From contig MGIW01000005.1 of the NCBI GenBank assembly GCA_001793945.1, forward strand, positions 57,923 to 121,922: 64,000 nucleotides of DNA, in the 5' to 3' direction. The position numbers were made by a program, and so were the translations under genes. This document shows positions 18,673 to 27,447 of the stretch, piece after piece. This stretch comes from Candidatus Wolfebacteria bacterium RIFOXYD12_FULL_48_21 (GTDB taxonomy: Bacteria > Patescibacteriota > Minisyncoccia > UBA6257 > UBA9933). The notes beneath the pieces were generated by a model. That model made no database searches. It had not been told where the DNA came from and saw only the letters and a list, made by a program, of their open reading frames with translations. Every line of letters begins with the position of its first letter. Position 1 is the first letter of the stretch.

Positions 18673-19707
18673 GTGACCAAAGAAAAAATACAGCACAATT
18701 TCTTTTTTATCTTGTTGGGCGTGATGACGGTTGCCGGGCTTGTTTTGTTGAGCCCCTATGCCGGCATGTTCTTCGTTTCCATTATGTTTGCGATCATATT
18801 CAAACCAATGCATTTGCGAGTACGACATCTGTTCGGCGGACACCGGAATACAAGTGCGTTGATTACGACATTGATCGTCATGATGGTGGTGTTGATTCCG
18901 TTGGGTTTTTTCGGGTTCCAAATATTTGAGGAAGCAAAAGATCTCTACCTGCTGATTGCCAATGAAGACATGGGAAACGGCATTGTGGCAAAAACAGGCA
19001 CTGCCTTGCAACGGTATGCGCCGCAACTTGCCCCCGCGCTCTCTGAAGATATCGGGCAATATCTCGGCAAGGGGTTGCAATGGGCGGTTACCAATTTGGG
19101 AGTGATATTTTCAAGCGTCGCAACGACCATGGTTGATTTCGTACTGGTGCTGTTCACATTATTCTTTCTTTTTAGAGACGAGGAGACCTTTAGAAAAATG
19201 ATATTGGCGTTAAGCCCACTGCAGGATGCACACAGTGCCGAATTGCTCGATAGGGTGGAGGCGGCCATAGCATCGGTAACAAAAGGAACTATTCTGGTTG
19301 CGCTACTGCAAGGTGTTTTGACGGGTCTCGGGTTTGCGCTTGTGGGTATGCCCAATCCGGTATTGTGGGCCAGTATTGCCGCATTTGCCGCGATGGTTCC
19401 CGCAATCGGCACCGGCTTGGTCATCGTGCCGGCAGTTGCGTATCTGGCATTGATCGGGCACATGTCTGCGGCAACGATACTCGCTGTGTGGGGAGTGGGA
19501 ATCGTGGGAACGGTAGACAATCTGTTGCGCCCCATGCTCATAGGCAGGGGCATAAAAATACATCCTTTGATTATTTTGTTTTCCGCATTGGGCGGGTTGC
19601 AGTTCTTCGGGATCATTGGATTCTTCGTGGGGCCGGTGGTCCTGGCGGTCCTGTTTACGCTATTTGAGATGTATCCGAAGATCATGCAAAGCCATACGGA
19701 AGTGTGA
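18673..19707 (+). CDS. AI-2E family transporter (UPF0118 / PerM-like permease)
   Basis: About 8 TM helices, 344 aa. A Gly-rich C-terminal TM cluster typical of the family. Confidence 0.5.
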   Translation: MTKEKIQHNFFFILLGVMTVAGLVLLSPYAGMFFVSIMFAIIFKPMHLRVRHLFGGHRNTSALITTLIVMMVVLIPLGFFGFQIFEEAKDLYLLIANEDMGNGIVAKTGTALQRYAPQLAPALSEDIGQYLGKGLQWAVTNLGVIFSSVATTMVDFVLVLFTLFFLFRDEETFRKMILALSPLQDAHSAELLDRVEAAIASVTKGTILVALLQGVLTGLGFALVGMPNPVLWASIAAFAAMVPAIGTGLVIVPAVAYLALIGHMSAATILAVWGVGIVGTVDNLLRPMLIGRGIKIHPLIILFSALGGLQFFGIIGFFVGPVVLAVLFTLFEMYPKIMQSHTEV

Positions 19708-19712
19708 TCAAT

Positions 19713-19750
19713 AAAAAACCGCCCGACGCGCAAGCGCCGGGCATTTTTTT
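19713..19750 (+). terminator. Rho-independent terminator
   Basis: aaaaaaccgcccgacgcgcaagcgccgggcattttttt. Confidence 0.7.
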
Positions 19751-19756
19751 GCACTA

Positions 19757-19784
19757 TTGCAAAAAAAGACAAAAGGAATATACT
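19757..19784 (+). promoter_or_regulatory. Sigma70-like promoter for pyk
   Basis: TTGCAA, a 16-nt spacer, then TATACT, about 30 nt upstream of the pyk ATG. Confidence 0.5.
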
Positions 19785-19814
19785 GGTAAACTTACGCTAA
19801 TCAAAAACAAGACC

Positions 19815-20876
19815 ATGAAAACAAAAATAATAGCGACCATCGGACCAAAATCCGAGTCATACGAAGAATTGAAGGCCATGACCGAGGCCGGGTTGAACAT
19901 AGCGCGTATGAACTTCTCGCATTGCACAGTTGAAGAATATCAGCTAAGAAAGGCGAACATCGAACGCATAAACAAGGAGTTGGGGACATCCGTCGAGATT
20001 CTGCAGGACCTGCAAGGCCCGCGGATCCGTGTAGGAAAGCTGCCGACGGAAGGTGTAGAACTCGAAGAGGGCAAAACATATGTTTTTTCATATGAGCAAA
20101 AGGAGTATGAACCGGGAGGAGTGATACCGATCGGCGATCCGTATTTGCATGTCGATGTGAAGGTCGGTGAACCGTTCTATTTGGCGAACGGAGATATGGA
20201 GCTGGTTATTACGGATGTGCAGGGATCGCAGATCTATGCAAAGGTGGTAACCGAGGGTACATTGTTTTCGCGCAAGGCAATCAATGTGCCGCGCACGAAT
20301 TTGACATGCGGAGGCGTGACCGAAAAGGACATCGAGGACGCGAAGTTCGGCGTGGTGCAGGGAGCTGATTATATCGCATTGTCGTTCGTGCAATCTGCGG
20401 ATGATATTATAAAACTGCGAAGCGTATTTCCGGATAAAAAGATCAAGATCATAGCCAAGATCGAACGCGCATTGGCGCTCGACAACATAGACGCGATCAT
20501 AGAAGAATCGGACGGTATTATGATCGCCCGCGGAGATCTTGGCATAGAGATCCCTATGGAAGACCTGCCGATCATTCAAAAGAACCTCATACGGCATGCG
20601 CACTGGCACAACAAGCCGGCGATTGTCGCGACGCAGATGATGATGTCGATGGTAGACCACGAGCATCCGTCGCGCGCCGAAGTGAGCGATGTGGCTAATG
20701 CCGTGTTTGAGGGAGGGGATGCGGTCATGTTGTCCGACGAAACAGCGGCAGGAAAGCACCCGGCAAAGGCGGTCGCCATGATGGTAAAGATCGTAAAGCG
20801 TACGGAAGATTACACAAAGCGGGAAAGCTTCTTTGAAATGGAAACCCTCGGGGAATACAAAAAGGCGAAGAAATAA
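19815..20876 (+). CDS. pyk: Pyruvate kinase, short form lacking the C-terminal (allosteric) domain
   Basis: MKTKIIATIGPKSES...RMNFSHC. MIARGDLGIEIP. AEVSDVANAV. MLSDETAAGKHP. The protein ends about 120 aa early relative to canonical PK. Confidence 0.8.
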   Translation: MKTKIIATIGPKSESYEELKAMTEAGLNIARMNFSHCTVEEYQLRKANIERINKELGTSVEILQDLQGPRIRVGKLPTEGVELEEGKTYVFSYEQKEYEPGGVIPIGDPYLHVDVKVGEPFYLANGDMELVITDVQGSQIYAKVVTEGTLFSRKAINVPRTNLTCGGVTEKDIEDAKFGVVQGADYIALSFVQSADDIIKLRSVFPDKKIKIIAKIERALALDNIDAIIEESDGIMIARGDLGIEIPMEDLPIIQKNLIRHAHWHNKPAIVATQMMMSMVDHEHPSRAEVSDVANAVFEGGDAVMLSDETAAGKHPAKAVAMMVKIVKRTEDYTKRESFFEMETLGEYKKAKK

Positions 20877-20907
20877 TTTGAAATTAAAAATTTTAAATTT
20901 AAAATTC
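20877..20907. repeat. AT-rich AAATTTAAAATT-type motif copy
   Basis: tttgaaattaaaaattttaaatttaaaattc. Confidence 0.6.
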
Positions 20908-20913
20908 CAAAAA

Positions 20914-20950
20914 GAAAAGTACCGCTTATAAGCGGTACTTTTCTTTTTGG
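20914..20950 (+). terminator. Rho-independent terminator after pyk
   Basis: aaaagtaccgcttataagcggtacttttcttttt. Confidence 0.7.
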
Positions 20951-21270
20951 TGCGCATAGACGGTAAAACATCGAACCGCCTAAAAGCATACCTTGCACGC
21001 TTCTGGGAATTTTATCAATCAAGCCCCGGCCTACAAAGAGCCCTTGCAAATGCTTAATTTCGCATTGATTAGGCACTCTGCCTTACCACATAGCATATAT
21101 CTAAATAGAGTAGATAATTGGGTATAGGTATGGAGAACTATTTTTAGTTATTGATTCGTAGTGGTATACTTACTGCAATGGCGATATATGAGTCGCATCG
21201 AAACCTCACTTTTAAAAATCCTCATTTAAATCCTTAGACAGAAGTCTGTGGAAATTTATATAAAATCAAA

Positions 21271-22293
21271 ATGAATAAAAAATCATTATATTTTATTGTA
21301 ATAGCAATCATTGCCCTTGTTATTGCCTGGTATGGGTATGGGTATTGGAAATCTACTACTACTACTACTACTACTACTCAAGAGAAGATTGTTATTGGAC
21401 GTGTTGATTGGCCGGGATACCTCGGGCTGATCATTGCAGATAAGAAGGGGTATTTCAGAGATGAGGGGCTCGATGTGGAGGTGCGACGCTATCCGGGATT
21501 GACGGAGCTCTTGCGGGGCTATCGATCTGGCGAGATTCAAGGGAAATTCAATCCTACATTCGATTGCGTTACCGATGCATATGAAGGGATTGATAACATG
21601 GCGGTCATTGCGATTGATCAGAGCAATGGGGCCGACGGGATCATCGCCAGGCCCGGTATCTCCTCGATACGGAATTTGAAGGGGAAAAAGGTGGGTGTTG
21701 AGCGCGGGACTATTGAGGAATTCTTCCTTCGGTATGCCTTGGACCGGTATGATATGAAATTCGAAGATATCATACCGGTCAATCTGACCGCTGAGCAAGC
21801 GGCGGATGCAGTCGTTGCCGGTGATGTCGATTCCTCGGTCACGTATGAACCGTACATGACGAAGGCGATCAAAAAGAGCGGAGGAACGTTATTGTTTTCT
21901 TCTGCGGATGCGTTAGGAGTGGTGGTAGACGTGCTTACAATGAGGGCCGATTTTATCGATCAATATCCCGATAAGGTGCAGGCCATTGTTAGGGCCTATT
22001 TTCGTGCCATTGATTTTTGGAAAGCGAATCCCATGGAGGCAAATGATATTGTCGCGAAAGAGCTTGGGTCTTCTCCGGAAGACATCCTGGCGCAACTCAA
22101 GGGCATTTCCGTGCTTGATGCGACCGATAATCGAACCGCATTTACGTTTGCGCCCGGGTCTCAGTCGCTGTATGGAAATATGCGGGCGGTCGACAATTTC
22201 ATCAAACTGTCAGGCAAATCATCGAAGACGGTCGATACCGATGCCATGGTTGAACCACGATTTATTCGCGATCTATTCCGATCCAATCAGTAG
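21271..22293 (+). CDS. Membrane-anchored substrate-binding protein, NMT1/SsuA/TauA-like (NitT/TauT family SBP fold)
   Basis: N-terminal TM helix. Poly-Thr linker encoded by the (ACT)8 run at 21355-21378. The SBP fold begins at IGRVDWPGYLGL. Confidence 0.55.
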   Translation: MNKKSLYFIVIAIIALVIAWYGYGYWKSTTTTTTTTQEKIVIGRVDWPGYLGLIIADKKGYFRDEGLDVEVRRYPGLTELLRGYRSGEIQGKFNPTFDCVTDAYEGIDNMAVIAIDQSNGADGIIARPGISSIRNLKGKKVGVERGTIEEFFLRYALDRYDMKFEDIIPVNLTAEQAADAVVAGDVDSSVTYEPYMTKAIKKSGGTLLFSSADALGVVVDVLTMRADFIDQYPDKVQAIVRAYFRAIDFWKANPMEANDIVAKELGSSPEDILAQLKGISVLDATDNRTAFTFAPGSQSLYGNMRAVDNFIKLSGKSSKTVDTDAMVEPRFIRDLFRSNQ

Positions 22294-22309
22294 ATTGCGT
22301 TGCTATTTT

Positions 22310-24493
22310 ATGAAATTAACAACAAAAGTTGCGCTTATCTTTGGCGGGGGTGCTACCGTAATGATTATGGTCACTTCGTTTTTAATCTTTACTTCAACTC
22401 GCTCGATTCTGAAAAAAAATATCAGCGCTCAGCAAACCATATCCGCCGTTGAGACGATCGACAAGATAGACCGTATATTCAATAATTATCTGCTGACCTT
22501 GCAGACTATGGGAGAAGAGGAGGATCTCGAGCGTTTCTTAGGTGGCGAAAAAAATATTCAACCAGAAATCAATCGGCGCATGCGAGAGCTTACCTTTTTG
22601 ACCGGGCCATGGGATATTCTTTTTGTGGTGGATAGAAACGGTACAATAATTCTTTCGACACGTGCCGATGAGGTCGGTAAATCGATCAAGCAAGAGCCCG
22701 TTAGTAATATCGCGTATGAAAAGGCGCTTGAAGGAGGGACATATTATTCCGGCATGGTCACATCTGAAGATGCTGGGAAGCCGACGGTTATTTTCGCCGC
22801 TCCGATTAAGCAAGAATCAGGTAAAAGGATTGTAGAAGGCGTTATTATAGGGAATATGTCATGGCCGGTCATTTCCGAGGCGTTGCATACCGTTAGTATA
22901 TCGGCTGAGCTTGATCTGTATGACGCCCAAAGCGTGCTCATCGCTACCAATCGGGATGATCCTGCGAATTTATTTACTCGCGATCAAACCGTTGAAAATG
23001 ATAGGCAGAGATATAGGGGGAAACAAAATTCATTTACGACCATCGGAGAGCATGCAGGAGATACCGAGCCATATTTAATAACACATGCCCCCTCATTGGG
23101 TTTCTTGTCGTATAAGGGCAATGGGTGGCTTTTAATTGCCAAAGCGCCAACCAGGGTCGTTTTTGGTCCCGCAACGAGCATTGCATTGAGAACAACTGCA
23201 TTTATGGTGTTGCTCATTATACTAATGATTGGGCTTGTTTCATTTCTTTTTATAAAAATATTTGTGCGCCCTGTCGTCGCAATGACGAATACGGCAGCCG
23301 CCATTGCGAAAGGAGATCTTACGAAGCGCGTTGTCGGGTTGTCGAACGATGAAATAGGTACGCTGGGAAACGAGTTCAATGTGATGACCGAAACATTGAT
23401 CAAAGATGCTGCGCAGATCAGTAGTATATCCGAAGAGTTACGGAAGGAGTTGAATAAAAGCAAAGCACTTATGGAGAGTATTGGCGACGGTGTTGTGGCA
23501 ATCGATCGGGCATGGAATATTGTATTATGGAATAAGACCGCAACGGCAATTTCTGGATGGTCTCAGGGAGAGGCCTTGGGTAAGCCATTCCGCGATGTTG
23601 TAAAATTTATTCGTGAACGCGATCGGGAAGAAAATATTATGTTTATTGAAGAGGCAATGCTGCATAGTAAACCTTTTTCAATGGAAGGTGATACTATTTT
23701 GATAAAAAAGGATGGCAGTGAAATACCGATCAGCGACAGTGCCGCACCGATTATTGAACATGATGGTGTGGTGTCCGGAGCGATCATCATATTCCGGGAT
23801 GCTTCACAGGAGAGGGAGGCACATCGCCTTCATTCCGATTTCGCCTATGCTTCGCATCAAATCCGCACTCCGGTTGCCAAAGCGTTGTGGATGTTGGAAT
23901 CTGCGTTAGATAAAGAAAACGTGCAAGACATTAAGGGGCAGGTGGGTAAAGCATATCAAGCGATCCAGAGCGTAAATAAGTTAAGCGAAGAGCTTATCGA
24001 AGTTTCACGGATAGATCAAAAACAAGTGGCTGTTGAAAAAGACGATGTCGGACTTGGTGATATACTGAGTGGTATCATTAAGGACATGGCTATTAAGGCG
24101 AAGGATAAAGATGTAGCTCTTGAGATCCATAGTATTCCTGAGTCCATGAGAATTACTACAAGCCCTGCATTATTAAAAAAGATACTGCAGGCGCTCATTG
24201 AAAACGCGATTATTTACTGCAAGGAAAAAAGTACGGTTGATATCAATGCAATTATTGATAATAAGGAGTTGTTGATACAGGTGAGTAATATTGGCTTTGG
24301 TATCTTGGGCGAAGATCAGCCCGCCGTCTTTACCAAGTTTTTTAGAGGAAAAAATATTGATACCACGGCAATCGCTGGTGCCGGATTGGGTCTCTATATC
24401 GCAAGAGGATATGCGAAAATTTTAGGCGGTAGAATATGGTTTGATTCGAAAGGAGATAAGATAACATTCTATGTTTCTCTGCCAATCGCATAA
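22310..24493 (+). CDS. Sensor histidine kinase (TM, Cache-like, TM, HAMP, PAS, HisKA, HATPase_c)
   Basis: HAMP region (AIAKGDLTKRV). PAS (IGDGVVAIDRAWNIVLWN). H-box ASHQIRTPV. G-box GAGLGLYIARG. A start at the ATG at 22310 (MKLTTKV) is preferred. Confidence 0.8.
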   Translation: MKLTTKVALIFGGGATVMIMVTSFLIFTSTRSILKKNISAQQTISAVETIDKIDRIFNNYLLTLQTMGEEEDLERFLGGEKNIQPEINRRMRELTFLTGPWDILFVVDRNGTIILSTRADEVGKSIKQEPVSNIAYEKALEGGTYYSGMVTSEDAGKPTVIFAAPIKQESGKRIVEGVIIGNMSWPVISEALHTVSISAELDLYDAQSVLIATNRDDPANLFTRDQTVENDRQRYRGKQNSFTTIGEHAGDTEPYLITHAPSLGFLSYKGNGWLLIAKAPTRVVFGPATSIALRTTAFMVLLIILMIGLVSFLFIKIFVRPVVAMTNTAAAIAKGDLTKRVVGLSNDEIGTLGNEFNVMTETLIKDAAQISSISEELRKELNKSKALMESIGDGVVAIDRAWNIVLWNKTATAISGWSQGEALGKPFRDVVKFIRERDREENIMFIEEAMLHSKPFSMEGDTILIKKDGSEIPISDSAAPIIEHDGVVSGAIIIFRDASQEREAHRLHSDFAYASHQIRTPVAKALWMLESALDKENVQDIKGQVGKAYQAIQSVNKLSEELIEVSRIDQKQVAVEKDDVGLGDILSGIIKDMAIKAKDKDVALEIHSIPESMRITTSPALLKKILQALIENAIIYCKEKSTVDINAIIDNKELLIQVSNIGFGILGEDQPAVFTKFFRGKNIDTTAIAGAGLGLYIARGYAKILGGRIWFDSKGDKITFYVSLPIA

Positions 24494-24542
24494 AAACACA
24501 CAGTACAAAAACCACCGCATCTGCGGTGGTTTTTGTTTTTTG

Positions 24543-24615
24543 TGCACCCCCTGGGAATCGAACCCAGAACCTTGGGCTTAAGAGGCCCCTGCTCTACCAA
24601 TTGAGCTAGAGGTGC
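24543..24615 (-). tRNA. tRNA-Lys (anticodon CTT)
   Basis: Loop CTCTTAA. T-arm GGGTTCGATTCCC. Discriminator A. Confidence 0.75.
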
Positions 24616-24635
24616 GCAATTAACTGATAACTTAT

Positions 24636-24660
24636 AACCTTTAACCTTTAACCTTTAACG
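24636..24660. repeat. Heptamer tandem repeat (ACCTTTA)x3
   Basis: aacctttaacctttaacctttaacg. Confidence 0.7.
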
Positions 24661-24735
24661 CATACATTATAACAACCAGAATGTATTTGCAACTTTGTTA
24701 TAAGTTACTCGTTATTGGTTATTAGTCAAAGGATG

Positions 24736-24809
24736 TGCCCCCGGATGGATTTGAACCATCGACACACTGCTTAAAAGGCAGGTGCTCTACCAGGCTGAGC
24801 TACAGGGGC
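24736..24809 (-). tRNA. tRNA-Lys (anticodon TTT)
   Basis: Loop CTTTTAA. Acceptor GCCCCTG/CGGGGGC. T-arm GATGGTTCAAATCCATC. Confidence 0.85.
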
Positions 24810-24925
24810 GTATAGGTAACTTACAACAAATAACATATGACCTATAACAGATACTTTATAATAATCAGTGTCTGTTTGCAACCTTTGTTATTAGTCATGT
24901 GTTATTGGTTATTAGTCAAAGGATG

Positions 24926-25082
24926 TGCACCCGGAGGGACTCGCCCGCGACTCCATTATGCGTCGTCGCGCGTAATGGGTCTGGGCACCGACTCGCGTGT
25001 GCCATCTGATGGTGCTCCGCCAACTGGCGGATCCGTCGTTCGAGTCCCTCGCGTGGGCAAAGCAGTTTGCCCACTCGGGTAC
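24926..25082 (-). pseudogene. tRNA-Arg 3'-end duplicate / tRNA-like remnant with embedded palindromic-repeat hairpins
   Basis: The last about 18 nt (GAGTCCCTCCGGGTGCAC) nearly match the 3' end of the intact tRNA-Arg at 25106-25179. It is preceded by the same ~55-nt trailer that follows tRNA-Lys(TTT). No canonical cloverleaf can be drawn. Confidence 0.45.
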
Positions 25083-25105
25083 ACAAAAAATAATTGTATT
25101 TTTTG

Positions 25106-25179
25106 TGCACCCGGAGGGATTCGAACCCCCAACCGACTGCTTCGAAGGCAGCTACTCTATCCAATTGAGCTACGGGTGC
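25106..25179 (-). tRNA. tRNA-Arg (anticodon TCG)
   Basis: Acceptor GCACCCG/CGGGTGC. Loop CTTCGAA. T-arm GGGGGTTCGAATCCCTC. Confidence 0.85.
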
Positions 25180-25262
25180 ATTGTTTTAAGTTTTCCGTTC
25201 GTATAGTGTATAATGGAAATCAACAAAAGACAAGATTCGTCAAGGAAATACAAGCTCTATGT

Positions 25263-25380
25263 TGTCATTCCGAGTGGAGCGGTACTCCGTGGAGTCGAGG
25301 AATCTGCCGTATAACATCAGATCCCTCTCCGCCGGCTGGCGGATCGGGATGACAATGCAAAGGGCTCGGGATGACAATGC
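25263..25380. repeat. Composite palindromic repeat element
   Basis: tgtcattccgagtggagcgg...ccgccggctggcggatcgggatgacaatgc. Confidence 0.8.
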
Positions 25381-25386
25381 AAATTC

Positions 25387-26859
25387 ATGCGGAAAAAGGA
25401 AACAAAACAGTTCGAAATACCCAAAGAAGCGCGCGCCATTTGCGCGGTCTTGAAATTGGCAGGGCATGAGGCATATTTGGTCGGCGGGTGCGTACGCGAT
25501 ATGATCGCGGGCATCGAGCCGAAGGATTGGGATATAACCACAAGCGCCCGCCCGGAACAAATACAGGAATTGTTTCCGGAGCATGTATATGAAAACAATT
25601 TTGGAACGGTCGCGGTAAAAACGGAAAGCGAAGATCCGAAGCTTAAGATCGTCGAGGTAACGACATTTCGTATCGAAGGAAAATATTCCGACAAGCGGCA
25701 CCCGGACGAAGTGAAGTTTGCAGACAAGGTGGAAGACGACCTCTCTCGCCGCGATTTTACCGTGAATGCCATGGCGTATGATATAGATGCAAATGAAGTC
25801 ATTGATCCGTATGGTGGCCGTGAAGATTTGGACGCCAAGGTGTTACGGACGGTCGGCGATCCGAACAAGCGTTTTGAGGAAGATGCGCTTCGTCTGATGC
25901 GCGCCGTGCGCTTTGCTGCGGAGTTTGGTTTTACGATTGAGGAATATACCGAGCAGGCATTGCAGAAAAATGCAGGCTTGTTGGAAATGATCGCCAAGGA
26001 GCGTATTCGTGACGAATTTATCAAGATCATTATAACCGCAAAGGCAGTGGAGGGAGTGGAGGAGTTGGAACGCACGGGGTTGTTGCGTTTTGTTATGCCG
26101 GAACTGCGCGACGGCATCGGCGTGGGGCAGAACGAGCACCATATCTATTCCGTGTGGGAACACAATCTTAAATCGCTCGAATACGCGGTAAAAAAGGACT
26201 ATGCGTTGGAGATACGACTTGCCGCGCTGTTGCACGATGTGGGAAAGCCGCGCACAAAAGCGGGCAACGGAAAAACATCGACATTTTATAACCATGAAAT
26301 GGCTGGCGCGCGCATTGCGGCGCGCATGCTGGATCGTTTGCATGTGCCGAAGCATATTGCCGAATCCATCATCCACCTTATTCGTTACCACATGTTTTAT
26401 TACAATGTGGGCGAAGTAAGCGCAGCAGGCGTGCGACGGTTTTTGGCGCGGGTCGGTCCCGAGTCGATCGATGACCTGATCAAAGTGCGCGAGGCGGACC
26501 GCATCGGTTCCGGCGTGCCCAAGGCGGTGCCGTACAAACTGCGTCACTTGCTGTTTATGATAGAAAAGGTAAAACGCGACCCTATTTCCCCGAAGATGCT
26601 CAAGATCAACGGAGAAGAGATCATGGAGTTGCTTGCCATCAAGCCGGGTCCGAAAGTGGGAAAGATACTTGCGGTATTGCTCGAAGAGGTTATCGAGGAT
26701 CCGTTCAAAAACGAACAGGTGCTATTGAAGCGTCGCGTTGAACAGCTAAACGAAATGGAAGAAGAAGAGCTTGCCGCCATGGTAAAAAAGGCAAAAGAAA
26801 CTAAGGACGAATTCGAAGAAGGTGTTGAGCAGAGCATGAAAAAACAGTTTCATGTGTGA
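25387..26859 (+). CDS. cca: CCA-adding tRNA nucleotidyltransferase with HD domain
   Basis: PolyA-polymerase head domain LVGGCVRD...DWDITT. HD motif LLHDVGKP. Confidence 0.8.
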   Translation: MRKKETKQFEIPKEARAICAVLKLAGHEAYLVGGCVRDMIAGIEPKDWDITTSARPEQIQELFPEHVYENNFGTVAVKTESEDPKLKIVEVTTFRIEGKYSDKRHPDEVKFADKVEDDLSRRDFTVNAMAYDIDANEVIDPYGGREDLDAKVLRTVGDPNKRFEEDALRLMRAVRFAAEFGFTIEEYTEQALQKNAGLLEMIAKERIRDEFIKIIITAKAVEGVEELERTGLLRFVMPELRDGIGVGQNEHHIYSVWEHNLKSLEYAVKKDYALEIRLAALLHDVGKPRTKAGNGKTSTFYNHEMAGARIAARMLDRLHVPKHIAESIIHLIRYHMFYYNVGEVSAAGVRRFLARVGPESIDDLIKVREADRIGSGVPKAVPYKLRHLLFMIEKVKRDPISPKMLKINGEEIMELLAIKPGPKVGKILAVLLEEVIEDPFKNEQVLLKRRVEQLNEMEEEELAAMVKKAKETKDEFEEGVEQSMKKQFHV

Positions 26860-26863
26860 AGAT

Positions 26864-26892
26864 TGACAGATTGCATAAAATAGTGCTATATA
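26864..26892 (+). promoter_or_regulatory. Sigma70-like promoter
   Basis: TTGACA, a 17-nt spacer, then TATATA. A strong SD (aaaggaga) follows, 8 nt before the ATG at 26939. Confidence 0.5.
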
Positions 26893-26938
26893 AAAATAGG
26901 ACTATTTAGGATAAAATTTTGAAAAAAGGAGATGCGCA

Positions 26939-27103
26939 ATGGAGAAGTGGGAATATCGCGTGATTTGGATTGAAACAGGGTATGATAGGAGTGGGGCAGA
27001 AATAATACTTAACGAGCTCGGAGAGGAAGGCTGGGAGGTGTGTGCGGCGATAGCGGATGAAAATGGTACTGGTGGCGTTATCCTGAAAAGAAAAAAAAGA
27101 TAA
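26939..27103 (+). CDS. DUF4177-like small protein (54 aa; below the 60-aa ORF-track cutoff)
   Basis: MEKWEYRVIWIETGYDRSGAEIILNELGEEGWEVCAAIADENGTGGVILKRKKR. Good RBS. Terminator at 27133-27159. Confidence 0.55.
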   Translation: MEKWEYRVIWIETGYDRSGAEIILNELGEEGWEVCAAIADENGTGGVILKRKKR

Positions 27104-27132
27104 ACGCACTTTATAAGCGGCATACCACAGAA

Positions 27133-27159
27133 GCGGGAATAACGACCCCGCTTTTTTTT
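27133..27159 (+). terminator. Rho-independent terminator
   Basis: gcgggaataacgaccccgctttttttt. Confidence 0.65.
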
Positions 27160-27200
27160 GTACAACAAAAATCGCCTGGAAAGGCGACTTTTGTTACTAC

Positions 27201-27274
27201 TGGTCGGGGTGCCGGGAATTGAACCCGGATCTTACACACCCGAAGCGCATATACTACCGTTGTACTACACCCCG
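27201..27274 (-). tRNA. tRNA-Pro (anticodon CGG), CCA encoded
   Basis: C1-G72 acceptor pair (a tRNA-Pro hallmark). Loop TTCGGGT with G37. T-arm CCGGGTTCAATTCCCGG. Ends ACCA. Confidence 0.85.
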
Positions 27275-27447
27275 TTCGGATATGTGTTATATAGTAGCCG
27301 TATTTTGCAAAGAACGCAAGAAATCGTGGCGCAGAGCAAGAAAGTTTGACAAAACAAAAAGAAAGTGTTTACATGGGGACAGTAATTTACGAACTGGATA
27401 TAAAAGGTTTTTAACTATAGATCTGCCATGGCGCAAGGAGGAAACGA

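Noticed and set aside
24926-25082. Calling this a functional fourth tRNA, or one with an intron.
   Set aside because: The acceptor ends pair (GTACCCG/CGGGTGC), but the interior cannot be folded into D, anticodon and T arms. It contains an 8-bp hairpin and a repeat-family palindrome instead.
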